Assembly: GCA_013265495.1 (NCBI GenBank)
Contig: MU057887.1
Span: 693,985-757,984, forward strand
DNA: 64,000 nt
Direction of reading: 5' to 3'
Origin: Vicugna vicugna
Lineage: Eukaryota
Shown: in pieces, positions 25,286 through 36,957 of the stretch
Numbering within the stretch: position 1 is the first letter of the stretch
Layout of the letters: the number at the start of each line of letters is the position of its first letter
The notes under the pieces: generated by a model
Told to the model about the DNA's origin: nothing
Databases searched by the model: none
Seen by the model: only the letters and a program-made list of their open reading frames with translations
Translations under genes and position numbers: made by a program

Positions 25286-26380
25286 AGTCCCTTCCCTTGT
25301 CCTCCTCCCCAACGGCATACAGTGAGAAATCCAGTCCTGGTGGTTTTGTAACAAGACTCCAGACACCCCTCTGCATGCTCAGGTGGTCCCCATTCTTCTC
25401 TCCATCATGGGGAGGGCAGCCTTTAAGGGACGCTGACCAGTGTCCCCTTCTCAGAACTGCTCTGGCTGGCATCTTGGAGTCAGAAGGGCTCATTCTAAGG
25501 GCTTGACTTGGATGTTCCGCCCATCTGGTCTCCGCTGGACAGCGCTCTGCAACCCCAAGAATGGGCAGAGGTGATAACGATGCCAATGTACCGAATAAAC
25601 GGACAAAGCGATCATAGTTCGACCAGACTGCAGGGAGGTCTGTAACGGTCCGTTCGGCTGTGTGCACAGCGTTGTTACAGAGTTAGCTCGCAGTAAATAC
25701 CAGTTCCCTTTCTTAGCTTCTGCCTTTCTTCTGGAATACGGATGCTCCACCTTCCATATGTAAGAACTGGCAAGCACACGGCAAGGCGAGGCCAAGGCCC
25801 AGCAGAGCAATTAAGAACAACAAGGCCTCTTTGGATTCAGGCCGATTGTTACTCGTGTAGACAGACAACAAAAGGAGCAGTAGCCACAGGTGCCAGCGAC
25901 GACAAAACAAAAGCGGCAGGTGACTGCAACACGAACGCCCTGTTGCAGAGAAGCCCATTCTGGACGCGGGAGGTGGCTTGATCACCTGCAGCTATAACCT
26001 GAGGGGGCCGAGGCAGAAAGTCTCAGACCTCGTCAGAGCCCAGGAGATGCAGGGAAACTGGGTATCCAGTTGCTTCACCAACTGTCTCGTGACAGCCTCC
26101 CTGGTGGTCACGGAAGAGAATGAGAAGTTGTCCCGGAGTAACTCCTCAGAAGCCTCCTGTGCTCTCGCGGTCCAGGAGGACCACAAGACCGGGACTCAGA
26201 CCGGCTGTGTTTCAAGCCTTGCCCACGTGACCTATGTTGTGGTACATGCAGGCGCCAGAACGTAGCTGGTTCCCTACAAGAATATAAACAATATTGCTAA
26301 TAAAAGACTTGATTGGGCTCATAAAAAAAGTTTTTTTCAACCACAGTAATTTCTTTAAAAGGTGATTTCTACACTTGTGT

Positions 26381-29300
26381 CTTTTTTAAAAGTGAGATTT
26401 AACACATTTACAGTAAAGTGCATAAATCTTAAGTGTGCAGCTTGAAGAATGTTTATATTTGTCTATATCCACGTAATTACCACCCAGATGTAGAATGTTT
26501 CCAGTATCTGGAAAACTCCCCCATGGCCCTTCCCTGTCAGTGCCCAGCCTGCCAGAGGCAACCACTATCGTGACTCCTGTCACAGTTTTGCTTATTCTTG
26601 AACTGCAGGTAAATGGAGTGATGTTATGTGTACTTTTCTGTGTCTTCCTGCTTTTATTCAATGTTATGTCTATGCGATGTGTCCATATTACCAGTATATC
26701 AGCAGTTCATCTTTTTCATTGCTGTGTAGTGTTCCACTGTATGAATAAACTACAATTTATTTATCATAGGGCAGCTGTGTGCTTCCCTGTCCATGTCTTT
26801 TGGTGGACACATGCACCCATTTCTTTCGGGTATATGTTTAGGAGTGGAATCGCTGGTTTATAGTGCAGGCCAAAACGGTTGTACCAACTCACAGTACTAT
26901 ATGGGAGTTTCATTTATTCCACATCCTTTCCAACACTGGCACTGTGGTCATTTTCATTTTAGCCATTCCAGTTGGCTATTGGCTATATGACTTGGAGTAC
27001 TTTCATTTTTTTCACAACTGTAATTTTGATTTTTTAGTTGCCACATTTACAAAAGTAAAAAGAAGTGGTTGGAATGAATTTTAATATGCTTTATTTAACC
27101 CAATATAGCCAACATATTGTCACTTGAACATACGATCAGTACAAAAATTATTGAGATATTTTATATCCTTGGTGTTTTTTTTTTTTTTGGTACTGTCTTC
27201 AAAACCAAGTGTGTATTTTACATTTATAGCACATCTCAGGTTGAACCAGGCACATTTCCACATGTAGCTAGTGGCTTCTGTGTTAGACAGTGAGTGACTT
27301 CGAGTACTTTCTTAACCTTAATGAGTTGTATCTCTGCAGTTTTAACTTAAATTTTTCTTTTCATGTCTCACAATAGGGAGCTCTTTTTATTATTCTGTCT
27401 GGTCATTTGGATATTCTCTTTTGTGGTGTCTCTTCAAGTCTTTGGCCCATTTTCAATGAAGTTGCTCATCTCTTTAAGCTGACTTGTAAAGTTTCTTTAT
27501 ATATTCCGGGTATGAGTCCTTTATTGGACATATGTAATGTGAACATCTTCTCCCAGCCTGGAGTTTACAGTTTTTACTCACTGTTAGTTTCCCTTGATAA
27601 ACAGAAGTTCTTAATTTTTATAAAGTCCAATTAATCAAACCATTCTCTCATAGTTAATGGCTTCTATGTCCTATTTAAGAAAGCTTTGCTTGTCTGAAAA
27701 TCATGAAGACATTTTCCTCTTTTCTTTTGGAAGCTTTATTGTTTTACCTTTCTCATTAGAAATATGGTTCATCTTGAATTAATATTTTTGCATGCTGTGA
27801 AGTAGGGGTCAAGAGTCACTTTCTTTCCACATGAATATCCAATTTAGCATCTTGATTGACTAGACCATCCCTTCCTCTGTGTCTTGCTTAAGTGCCTTTG
27901 TTGTAAATTAAGTGGCCATATACATGTGGGTCTGTTTCTATTCCATTGGTCTATGTCTACTTTAATAGCAATATCACACTGTTTAATTACCATTGCTTCA
28001 TCATGGTTGCTTTATGATGAGCCTTGATATTTACTAGGGTAAGTCTCCCAACTTTGTTCTTCTTCAAATTTTCCTGGTTATTCTTGGTTCTTTGAAATTT
28101 CATTTAAATCAGTTTGTCAATATCCATTACAAAATCACTGCTGCAGTTTTGATTGACATTACACTGAATCTATAAATCAATTTGGAAGACTTGACACTAT
28201 AACCATATTGAACTTTCCAATCCATGAATGTGGTATATCTCTCTATTCATTTCAGTCTTCTTTAATCTCCCTTAGAAATGTTTGTAGTTTTCAGTGTGGG
28301 TCTCACACAACTTTCAAAAGATTTATTCCTAACTATCTTGTGTTTTTATGCTGTTGCGAATTTTTAAATTTTTATTTTCTTGTTGTTTGTTGCTAGTATA
28401 TAGAAATAAACTTAATTTCATATACTGACATTCTATCCATTAATCTTGCTAAATTCATTTATTAATTCTAATAGTTTGTACATTCTTTTGGATCTTCTAT
28501 ATATAGAATCATGTCATCTGAAAATAGAAACAGTTTTACTTTCTTCCTTTCCAATCTTTGCAGCTTTTTTTCTTGCCTTATTGCACTGGCTGGATTTCCA
28601 ATACCGTATTGAACAGAAGTGGTAATAGTAGACAACAAGAGGAAAGTGATTAATAGTTTTACTTACATTAACAGTAGGGTTTTTAATATATAGCCTCTAT
28701 AGATTAAGAAAGTTTTAAAAAAATTCTTAATTGATGGACAGTTTTTATTATGAATAAACATTTAATTTTATCAAATGTTTTTCTGCATCAAATGGCATAA
28801 CCATATATTTTTCTCCTTTATTCTGCTACTGGGGCAAATGACACTGATTTTCAAAGGTTAAACCAACCTTGCATTTCTGAAATAAACTCTACTTGTCATA
28901 AAGTATTAACCTTTTAATATGTCTCTGTATTTGATTTTGTTTTGTTTAGAATTTACCTGTATTCATGAAAGATATAAGCCTGCAAATTTTTTTGTTTATT
29001 GTCCTTGTCAAATTTTAATATCAGAGTTTTTCTGGCCTCATTAAATGAATTGGGAGGTGTTTTTTTTTCTGTTCAGTATAAGATTTTGTGCAGGATTAGT
29101 ATTATTTCTTCCTTAAACATTTGGAAAATTAACAGTGAAGCCACCTGAATCTGAAGTTTTCTTTGTGTGCTTTTCAATCACAGATTTTATTGTTTTTAAC
29201 AGTGTAGGATTCTTTGGATTCTCTGTTTTTTCTTGTATTAGTTTTGCTTAATTGTGGTTTTTAAAGAATGTGTCCTTTTCATCCAGGTTGTCACTTTTAT

Positions 29301-30159
29301 TGGCATAAGGTTGTTCATAATGTCCTTTTATTACATTTAACATGTCATTGGGATCTCTAGTGATAGCCCCTTCTAATTTCTGTTATTGGATGAAAAAAAA
29401 GTGGGGGCCATTTCTTTCTGATTTTTCCTTGATCAGTCTTGATGGGATTATCAAATTATATTCATCTTTTCAAACATCTAACTTGGCTTCAACCTTCTTA
29501 GTTTCTAATTAATGCATTTAAAACTAAGCATTTCCACTCAGGTGCTTTTCTCACATAAGTTTCAATCTGTTTGTTTTCATTATCATTCAGTTCAAAGTAT
29601 TTTCTAATTTCCATTGTGATTTCTTCCCTGACCCATGAGTTATTCAGAAGTGTGTTGCTTAATTTCCAAACACTTGGGGACTCTCCCATTATCTTTCTGT
29701 TATTCATTTCTTGTTTAATTGCACTGTGGTCAGAGAACAGGGTGATTTCAGCCCTTTGAAGTCTGCTAAGACTTGCTCTAGGGCCCAGCATATGGTCTGT
29801 TTTGGTAAATGTTCCATGGTTCCATTGATTCCTTCTCTGCCCTGGTGCCAGGCATATTATGCATTTCAGCACTTAACAACTCATTATTGCTTTCAGTAGT
29901 TGATATTTTTGTATCTTTACCTCATTCCTGCCTGCAGTTTGGAGCTTCCATCTGGGGTCCCTGTCCTTCAGCCTGAAGAACTTCCTGTGGGAGTCCTTGT
30001 CATGTTGACTTGCTGGTAACTAACTCTCAGCTTCTGTTTGAAGGGATTTGGCTTTGGCTTGCATCTCTGCAGAATATCTTCTTCAAAAAGGTGGGCAGGG
30101 TTTTGGGTTCTTTTTCTCTCAGCAATTTAAAGATGTTATTCCATTTTCTCCTGGACTCC
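26381..30159 (-). mobile_element. Old L1 (L1M/L1ME-type) LINE, internally deleted, with ORF1 C-terminus, ORF2 remnants and 3'UTR
   Basis: Minus ORF 29498-29872 reads KTDHMLG..LFSDHSAIKQEMNN..WKLSNTLLNNSWVREEITMEIRKYFELNDNEN (end of the L1 ORF2 endonuclease). 30027-30159 reads ESRRKWNNIFKLLREK (ORF1 C-terminus). T-rich antisense L1 sequence throughout. Confidence 0.88.
27015..27292. mobile_element. MER33-like hAT-Charlie DNA transposon nested in the L1
   Basis: Characteristic TTTATTTAACCCAATATA..., GTGTGTATTTTACATTTATAGCACATCTC and CACATGTAGCTAGTGGCT..GACAG terminus. Confidence 0.75.
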
Positions 30160-30262
30160 AAAAATGTGAAATGCTTCACGAATCTGCATCTCAGCCTTAG
30201 GGGCGGTGCCATCTTCCACGTTGTCAGTCTGGTTTTCATGTAGGCACTGCCAAAACAAGTAT
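30160..30262 (-). pseudogene. Degenerate U6 snRNA retro-pseudogene fused to L1
   Basis: Plus-strand AAAATGTGAAATGCTTCACGAATCTGCATCTCAGCCTT matches the reverse complement of the U6 3' end at 31/38 positions. It continues AGGGGC..TGC..ATCTTC and ends GCACTGCCAAAACAAGTAT (U6 5' end reverse complement: GTGCTGCCGAAGCGAGCAC). Confidence 0.88.
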
Positions 30263-33200
30263 ATAACATAGTTTTTCAAACATTTATACTTGTCCTTAAA
30301 AAAAAATTTTTCCTTCCATCTCCTCAGCTGGTTCCCTCCTTTCAGAAAGGAGCAGATGGAGTCCCCCACACCCTCTGGGTGTGTCTTATTTGGGAGCGGG
30401 ACTTCCAAAAGGGCTCCAGTAAATGATGCCCTCTTCCTTCTCTCAGATTCTGAGGAGGCTAAGGAGAAAAACAAGCAGTGGCAGTTGTGGAGCTAAGTAG
30501 CCCGTATACTTTGGACACAGGGGTCCCAAGTCAAGGGTGGAGGTGGGTATTTGGAACAGGGACACTGGCTCCCACTGAGGGAGGGCCCCCCACATGCCTA
30601 ACCCCAGGCTGGGCATGTCTCACACGCTTTCTCAGCCAACCCACAGCCCATGCCCTGAAGCAAGTGATAGTAAGTCCACCCCACAGGCAGGGGACCAAAG
30701 TTCCAAGACTCGGGGCTGTTCCCGCCAGACTTGTAAGTGGGATTCAAATCCTGGCTGGTCCCAGCCGAGTAAGGTTTAAAGGTGGGTCGGGTTCTCAGTT
30801 CCCAACATGGTGCCTCATGTGGCGGGTTTATTGAACACAGCAGAATGTATTATACACTTACATTTGTGAAATAATGGCACCAGACCACCCTCTCCTTTGC
30901 TCACAATACTCTGCCTACATTGGCCTCTTTTCAGTCCCTCAAATATTCCAAACTCTTTCCCACTTTGGAGTCCCGTATGCTGTTCCCTTGGTTAACATGC
31001 TTGTCCCAGCCCTGTTCACCTAGCTAAGTCCCACTCCTGTGGGTCTTCATTTAAATGTTCCTTGTCAGTCACCCATTTCAACCCTTCTCCCCGTTTAAAT
31101 CAGGTCCCCTTTATAACCTTGTATCACCCCCTTTCATTCTTTTCTTTCTAGACTCTACCATACTTTGTGGTCATATAATGAGTCTTCTTGTTATTTATGT
31201 AACCTTGAAGTATATAGGTGTCGCCTCCTTTAGACCCTACGCTTCTCGAAGACAGAGGCACAGCTGTTGGTTGCTGGCCGTGCTCCCCGCCCCGAGCCCA
31301 GCACTGGGCACTGTTGGTGTTGGTCCTCCTCCTCCTCTGTCCTGGTCACAACTCTCCTCTTCCTCCTCCCGCTTGTTTCTCTCCTTCCCTTGCATCTTGG
31401 TTCTAGTGCAGACAAGCCAGGGAGTTTTCTGGGTGCTGCAAAGGTGAGCGGAGACGCTCCCTGGCGTGACTATACCGGCTGGAGCGCAGCGGGCGACGGG
31501 CAGCCCGGCCGGATGTCGTGTGGGCCTGAGTCATCTTTGGCAAAGGCTGCTGGCTCCAGGATGGAGCATGTGTCTGAGAAATAGCTTTTTGAACAAGGGC
31601 GGGGGTGCAGGTGGGCGTGGTCACCAGGTAAAGAAGTCTGGAGGTTACCAGAGTTGAGGAATTTCTGTGCCAAATAAGGAATGGGTTTCCAAGAAGCTGA
31701 GGCGAAAACCCCATCAGGTTAGAATACTTTTGCCCCGTTTTGCCCTGTTTTGTTTGTATTAAGCCCTGTCATCACAACTGGATTTGGCTCCTTTGGACAC
31801 AGGATTCTGTTACCTTTTTCTTTGGTCTCCCACAAAACCCCCAGCCCAGTGCTGGGCCCAGCAAGCACCCAGCAGACCAGCCTGTATCACATCCCGAGCG
31901 CTCCCAGTGATCTTGGTCACGGGGGCAACTGCAGCCGCTTTGAGCCAGGAATTGGCTGACATCAGGTACATCCGCTCTCATCCCCATGACAAAGCCCTGG
32001 TCTCTCTAATTTCTCTGACAAATGAGGAAACTGAGGCCCAGGCCTTGCCTCATTCACACGTTTAGTAAGAGGAAGATTCCGGATGCTGACCTCGGTCTGA
32101 GCACAGCCCAGGCCTCTTGACTTTGGGTGGAGATATAAGTAGGGAAGAAAAAAAAAAGCAAAAGTCTCTAACGGCATTAAAAACAATCACTGAAGGTACT
32201 GAGATGCAAGTTTTAAAAATTCCATACCCTTCCTTGCAAAGCCCTGGGCTTGCTGGCAGGATGAGGTCATGGCCAAGTTCACAAAGCTGGGTTTTTCCAC
32301 TGCGTAGGCTGCCTGCCCAGCAGCCAGAGCGGCTTATTTATCTGCAAGTGCATCGGGCCTGGTTTCACGGGGAGGGAGTGGAGTCCAGGCTTTGCTTATC
32401 TGGGTGGGTCTTACTCTTGAATTCCTTTCCAGGGACTGGATAGAACAAAACAAAACCCCAAACCTCGAATGAAATGGGATATAACAAATCAATGAAAATA
32501 CTGTAGGCAGGCATGTTTGCGTCTGTAAAATACTTCCAGAGACCCAGGCAGTTCCTGACCCGCACGCCTGGCGTGCCGCCTGGCAGGGGTACCGTGGTTT
32601 TGTCTCCTCGCCTGAGCCTGAAAGGGGCTCAGGAAACACCGAGAAAGACTCAGTGGAGATCCAGCTCACGGACTCACGCCAGCAAAACAGCCTTGTGGCA
32701 GTCATGCTGTGGCTGCTTCAAGTCTGGTAATCAGCCTTTGTGGCAGGAGTAAGAGACTAAGCAAGAAAAGGAAAAGAAGATCCTGATCTGTGGTGGCGTG
32801 CGTCGCTGTGGCGACAGCATTCTGGGCTCCGCGCGACACACCCCGAAGGGGGATTTTCTGTGCAGCCCTAAAGATTCCTTTTTCCGTTTTTGTTTCTGGG
32901 GATGCTAGTGTTGCTACTTGAGGCACATGAGAAAAAGTCACAGCATCTCTCTGGGGAGATAGAAGCTATGCCATTTAAAAACGGCTCCAGCACATAACCT
33001 GCCAATGTAGGGCAGGCTCTTACCTGGCAGTTTTGTGGGTCTGGACAAGTCATTTCAGCTCTCCAAGCCCATGTCCTGGTGCATAAAGTAGGAATAATAA
33101 CAGGGTGGGGACCCGCCTTGTGCTGCAGGTGGGCCCTCGCCCGGCACTGCGTCGGGCACCCTGAGCGGGGCTGGTTACCTTTATCTGCGGTCACGGCTGC

Positions 33201-33384
33201 TGTCACACTGTGTTCCGTGCTCCCGCATTTGGATTATGGATATGGGTCTGACCAGAGTTTTTTTGGAGAATCCACTAGATTCTGGGCAAGGTGTGGGCAG
33301 GACAATGACATCACTGGGAAGCTAAGTGACTTGACCGAGGTCACAGAGCTCATAAGAAGCTGAGCTGGAATTAAAAGGCACAAT

Positions 33385-33555
33385 TTCTTTCTTTCTTTTC
33401 TTTTTTTTTAAACCAGGCTTTTAGACATTTATTATTTATTTATTGGGGGGAGATGTCATTTATGTATTTTTTTTTTTTAATGGAGGTACTGGGGATGGAA
33501 CCCAGGACCTCGTGCATGCTAACTAAGCCCATGCTCTACCACTTGAGCTGTACTG
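33385..33555 (-). mobile_element. Camelid SINE (Vic-1-like), first of a tandem pair
   Basis: GGAGGTACTGGGGATGGAACCCAGGACCTCGTGCATGCTAA...CTCTACCACTTGAGCTG preceded by a poly-T tail. Confidence 0.88.
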
Positions 33556-33563
33556 TACCAGGA

Positions 33564-33704
33564 ATTTTTTTCTTTTTTTAAAAAAAATTTGGGGTGGGGG
33601 CTACTAGGTTATTTATTTGTTTATTTATACGGAGGTACTGGGGATTGAACTCGGGACCTCACGCATGCTAAGCACGTGCTGGACCACTGAGCTATTCCCT
33701 TCCC
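33564..33704 (-). mobile_element. Camelid SINE (Vic-1-like), second of a tandem pair
   Basis: GGAGGTACTGGGGATTGAACTCGGGACCTCACGCATGCTAAGCACGTGC..CCACTGAGCTATTCCCTTCCC. Confidence 0.88.
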
Positions 33705-35832
33705 ACTACCCCCAGACTTTCCTTTTCTTTCTTTCTTTGTGCTTAAATCCCCTTCCCCTTCCCCTTCCCCTTCCCTCCCCACGACTAAGTGTCAGTGAGT
33801 TCAGCTTTTTGCAGGGGGACCTTTTATACTCAATTTGTCAGAGGAGGAGTTGTTGTAAGGGCTTCTCTCCCCCTGCCTCCCCTCCCCTAGATCCTCCTGT
33901 CAGAGTCCGGATGATGCAGAAATTCTAGGATGTTCACTCTCGTGGTCAGGCAGGCTGCATCTAACTAGCCTGGCCAGGTAAGGGTTAATTAGAATTTCTT
34001 CACTTAACCTCCAATTACTCCCTCGTAGCTGACTGCCCAGTCCACACTCTGTTAGTTTTGTAACGTACTCATACCGCCTCTGAGGGTCCGCAGGGAAAGC
34101 TGAGCCATTCATAATAACTAGAGGGGAAAGCGTGACATTCTTGGCTTAAAGGGGCCTGAGGTTTATTTGTGGGCTTGTTAACCACATTTTGCCCTTGCCT
34201 TTCATCACTGGTTACCCCAATTAAGCCGTGAAATAGCTTAAAAATTCACATCTCTGACATAGATTGCAGGGGTGAGCATGGTGGACGTATTCAGCGAGTG
34301 TGTCTTCAGCCAAGGATTTTAACTCAATCAGATTTTAGTTCAATCAGATGCACCTGTTTTTAAAGATTTTTATAAAAGAGAAAGCAGAGGAATGGAGTGA
34401 AATGCACATGAGGCTGGTGAGAGCTGACCTGAGAAGTGCCCACCTGGGACCCACGCAGGAGGTAGGGACGACAGGACTTGTGAGTCAGCACAGGTGTGTG
34501 GAGTGTCTGGCATGGAGCAGGGGCCCCCAGAGCATAAAGACAGGCGATTGATGTCCCCGGGCCTGAGGATTACACGTGCTCAGTGCTTCCTACACATCGT
34601 CCACAAGAACCCCACGGCCAGCACGGCTGGGGTGGGGGTGGAGGGGCAGGATTAATAAGAACGGGGTTCACCATGTCGGACCAGGGATGCACATCTCTGA
34701 GGTGGCCAGGAGAGATCGAGGGGACCTGGGGCATGAGTAAAGGTCGCCAAGACCTTGTGGAGAAACAGACAAAGCAAGCAGGAGGAAACCGCAGATTGCG
34801 CCCCCTCAGGGGGCCGAGAGCCCAGCTGGAGCTGGACCAGGAGATGCTGGGGTCTCCCTGACAGCCGGTGAGCGAGTGAGCCAGCCAGCTGGCTCTCGGT
34901 TGCTCTGGCAACACAGGCGCTTAGGTTCAGAGAATTATCATGAAAAAGCCACATGCAAATGAGGCAAATTGCAATTAGGAGGAACCAGGCCTGGTCTGGC
35001 CTTGAGGGGCTGATGTCTGGGAGGGATTCATGCTGTAGACAAAGAACAAAATCGAGAAAGGAAGAACTCACATTGTGTGAGAGCCGCCCACAGGCCTGGG
35101 GCGCCCCTGCAATCCTGCCCAGACTCCCATTAACCTCTCGGGGTTCAGACAAAGAAAGAGCGCACGTCCTGGTGGGGGGCCCTGTGGCCGCCCCAGGCCA
35201 GGTGGTGCCCTTACTCCGGAGACCAGAGCCAGTGGGCTCCGCAGCTCAAAGACTCCAATTCTCTCCTTCCCACAGACGAGAAAACAGAGGCTTAGAGAGC
35301 GGCTCGCCCATGCTGGCCAAGGGGGAAGCAGGTTTGATCGCTAGGTCTCTCCTAGACAGGTTTAAAAGCCTGTTTCTAGAACAGTCAGCCACCTCCTCCC
35401 GAAAACCCCGGGGGTGGGGTTGGGCCATACCCTCCCCGCAACATTCTTCCCTGAAGACCAGCCTCACACGTTCTGGCGTTAGGGAACCGCTACCTGCTAC
35501 CCACCTAGTCATCCAAACCGAAACCCACCGGGGCAGCTTGCCCACCTGTCCGGGCCCCAAGGCAGCTCCATCTATGCCTCAAACATGGACCATGGACTTC
35601 AAGGAAAGCCTGAGACACTGGAGACTGAAAGAAACAGAGAATGAAGGGAATGGGCCAGAGCAAAAACAACAACAAAAAAGACCACAAAAACCTCTAATTC
35701 TGGTCCTTAGAGAGATGGGAGAAGGTACTGCGTTCATCAAACTGGGAGAGAGAGCAATGTTCTGAGAACAGGAGAGAGAGCCCGTCTCCAGCAATGAACA
35801 GAGCAAGAAGAAAAGGAGTGAGTGTGTCTGCT

Positions 35833-35872
35833 GGAGGCGGCGGCGGCGGAGGAGGAGGAGGAGGAGGAGGAA
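35833..35872. repeat. (GGC)n(GGA)n trinucleotide repeat
   Basis: GGAGGCGGCGGCGGCGGAGGAGGAGGAGGAGGAGGAAGG. Confidence 0.9.
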
Positions 35873-36834
35873 GGGGTGGGGAGGAGGTTGTTCTAAGCAG
35901 AGGAAGGTGCCTCGAGCCAGGGGCTCTGGGCACTGCCATGAGGTCCTTGGCAACCTACCAGCCGACCGGGTCCTGAGACCAGACCTGACCCAGTCCTGCA
36001 GCATCACGTACCCCAACCCCAACCCGAAAAGTGCCCAATCTGTCCTTTTCCCCACAGATCATGGGCAAGTTGTCTAATTTTCCTCTGGCTAACCCCGCCT
36101 CGAAAGTGAATCACTTTATCCCCCAGAATAGGCGATGGAAAAAGACAGGCATGTGTTCAGGTTCGAAGTCTGCCTTCCCTTCCGTGGGGGGCAGGGGTGG
36201 GAAGGGCGGGGCGCCCGTGGTTGTATTCCTGACTGATAGCCTGGGATTCCCACCTCCCCGCAAACCGCCCGACAAGAAGGCGCTTCTATTGTTTTGTCTC
36301 AAGAAGCCACCTTAGGGTGTGTAGTTCAGGGTCGACCCTGGGAAGTATTAGTCATGGAAGCCAAGACCTGATGAGGGCCTGGGCTGATAAACGCCTCAGG
36401 CCTGAGAGGCAGCCAGCTAATCAGTGCCTCCCAGGAGCCGGACCCCGACTCCCACTGAGTCAGGCTACGCTGGAGAAGTGCCGTCATCAGGAGCCGCCTG
36501 GTCACCGGCGCGAAGGTGGAAGGGAGAGCCAAAGTCCTACAACACAGATAGCTGACGGGGAAACTGAGGCACAGAGAGGCTGCAGCGCGGAGCTGGGGTC
36601 ACACGGCCATAGCAGCACTGGTGTGTGGCAGGGTGGCCAGGCCAGACTCTCCCCTTCACCCCCAGGCTCTAGGGCCCCTCAATACTTTTAAAAATACATG
36701 TTCTTAGACGGGGTTTAATCAAGACACTATATTCTGAAACCACCTGCTCTGTTTACATTGGCTCTTCCTTTGTTTAAATGTCTGTCTGAAGTTTGCAGAA
36801 GTGGGTCTTCAAGAAAAAAAGACAAGATTCCCCA

Positions 36835-36957
36835 GGGAAAGCTATGGGCAGATCAGTGGTGGAGCGTGTGCTTCGTGAGCATGCGCGAGGTCCTGGGTGC
36901 AGTTCCCCGGTACCTCCGTTTAAAAAAAGAGAGAGAGAGAAAGAAGAAAAAGAAAAC
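36835..36957 (+). mobile_element. Camelid SINE (Vic-1-like), diverged
   Basis: TCAGTGGTGGAGCGTGTGCTT..AGCATGCGCGAGGTCCTGGGT..CCCCGGTACCTCC followed by an A-rich tail. Confidence 0.8.

Noticed and set aside
30160..30262. Functional U6 snRNA gene
   Set aside because: Heavily mutated (ACAGAGA box lost, 4-nt deletion), fused to L1, and no PSE/TATA promoter recognised.
34953..35765. 270-aa ATG-initiated ORF on +
   Set aside because: No recognisable domain, low-complexity composition typical of GC-rich intergenic DNA, and no splice structure or homology that I can recognise.
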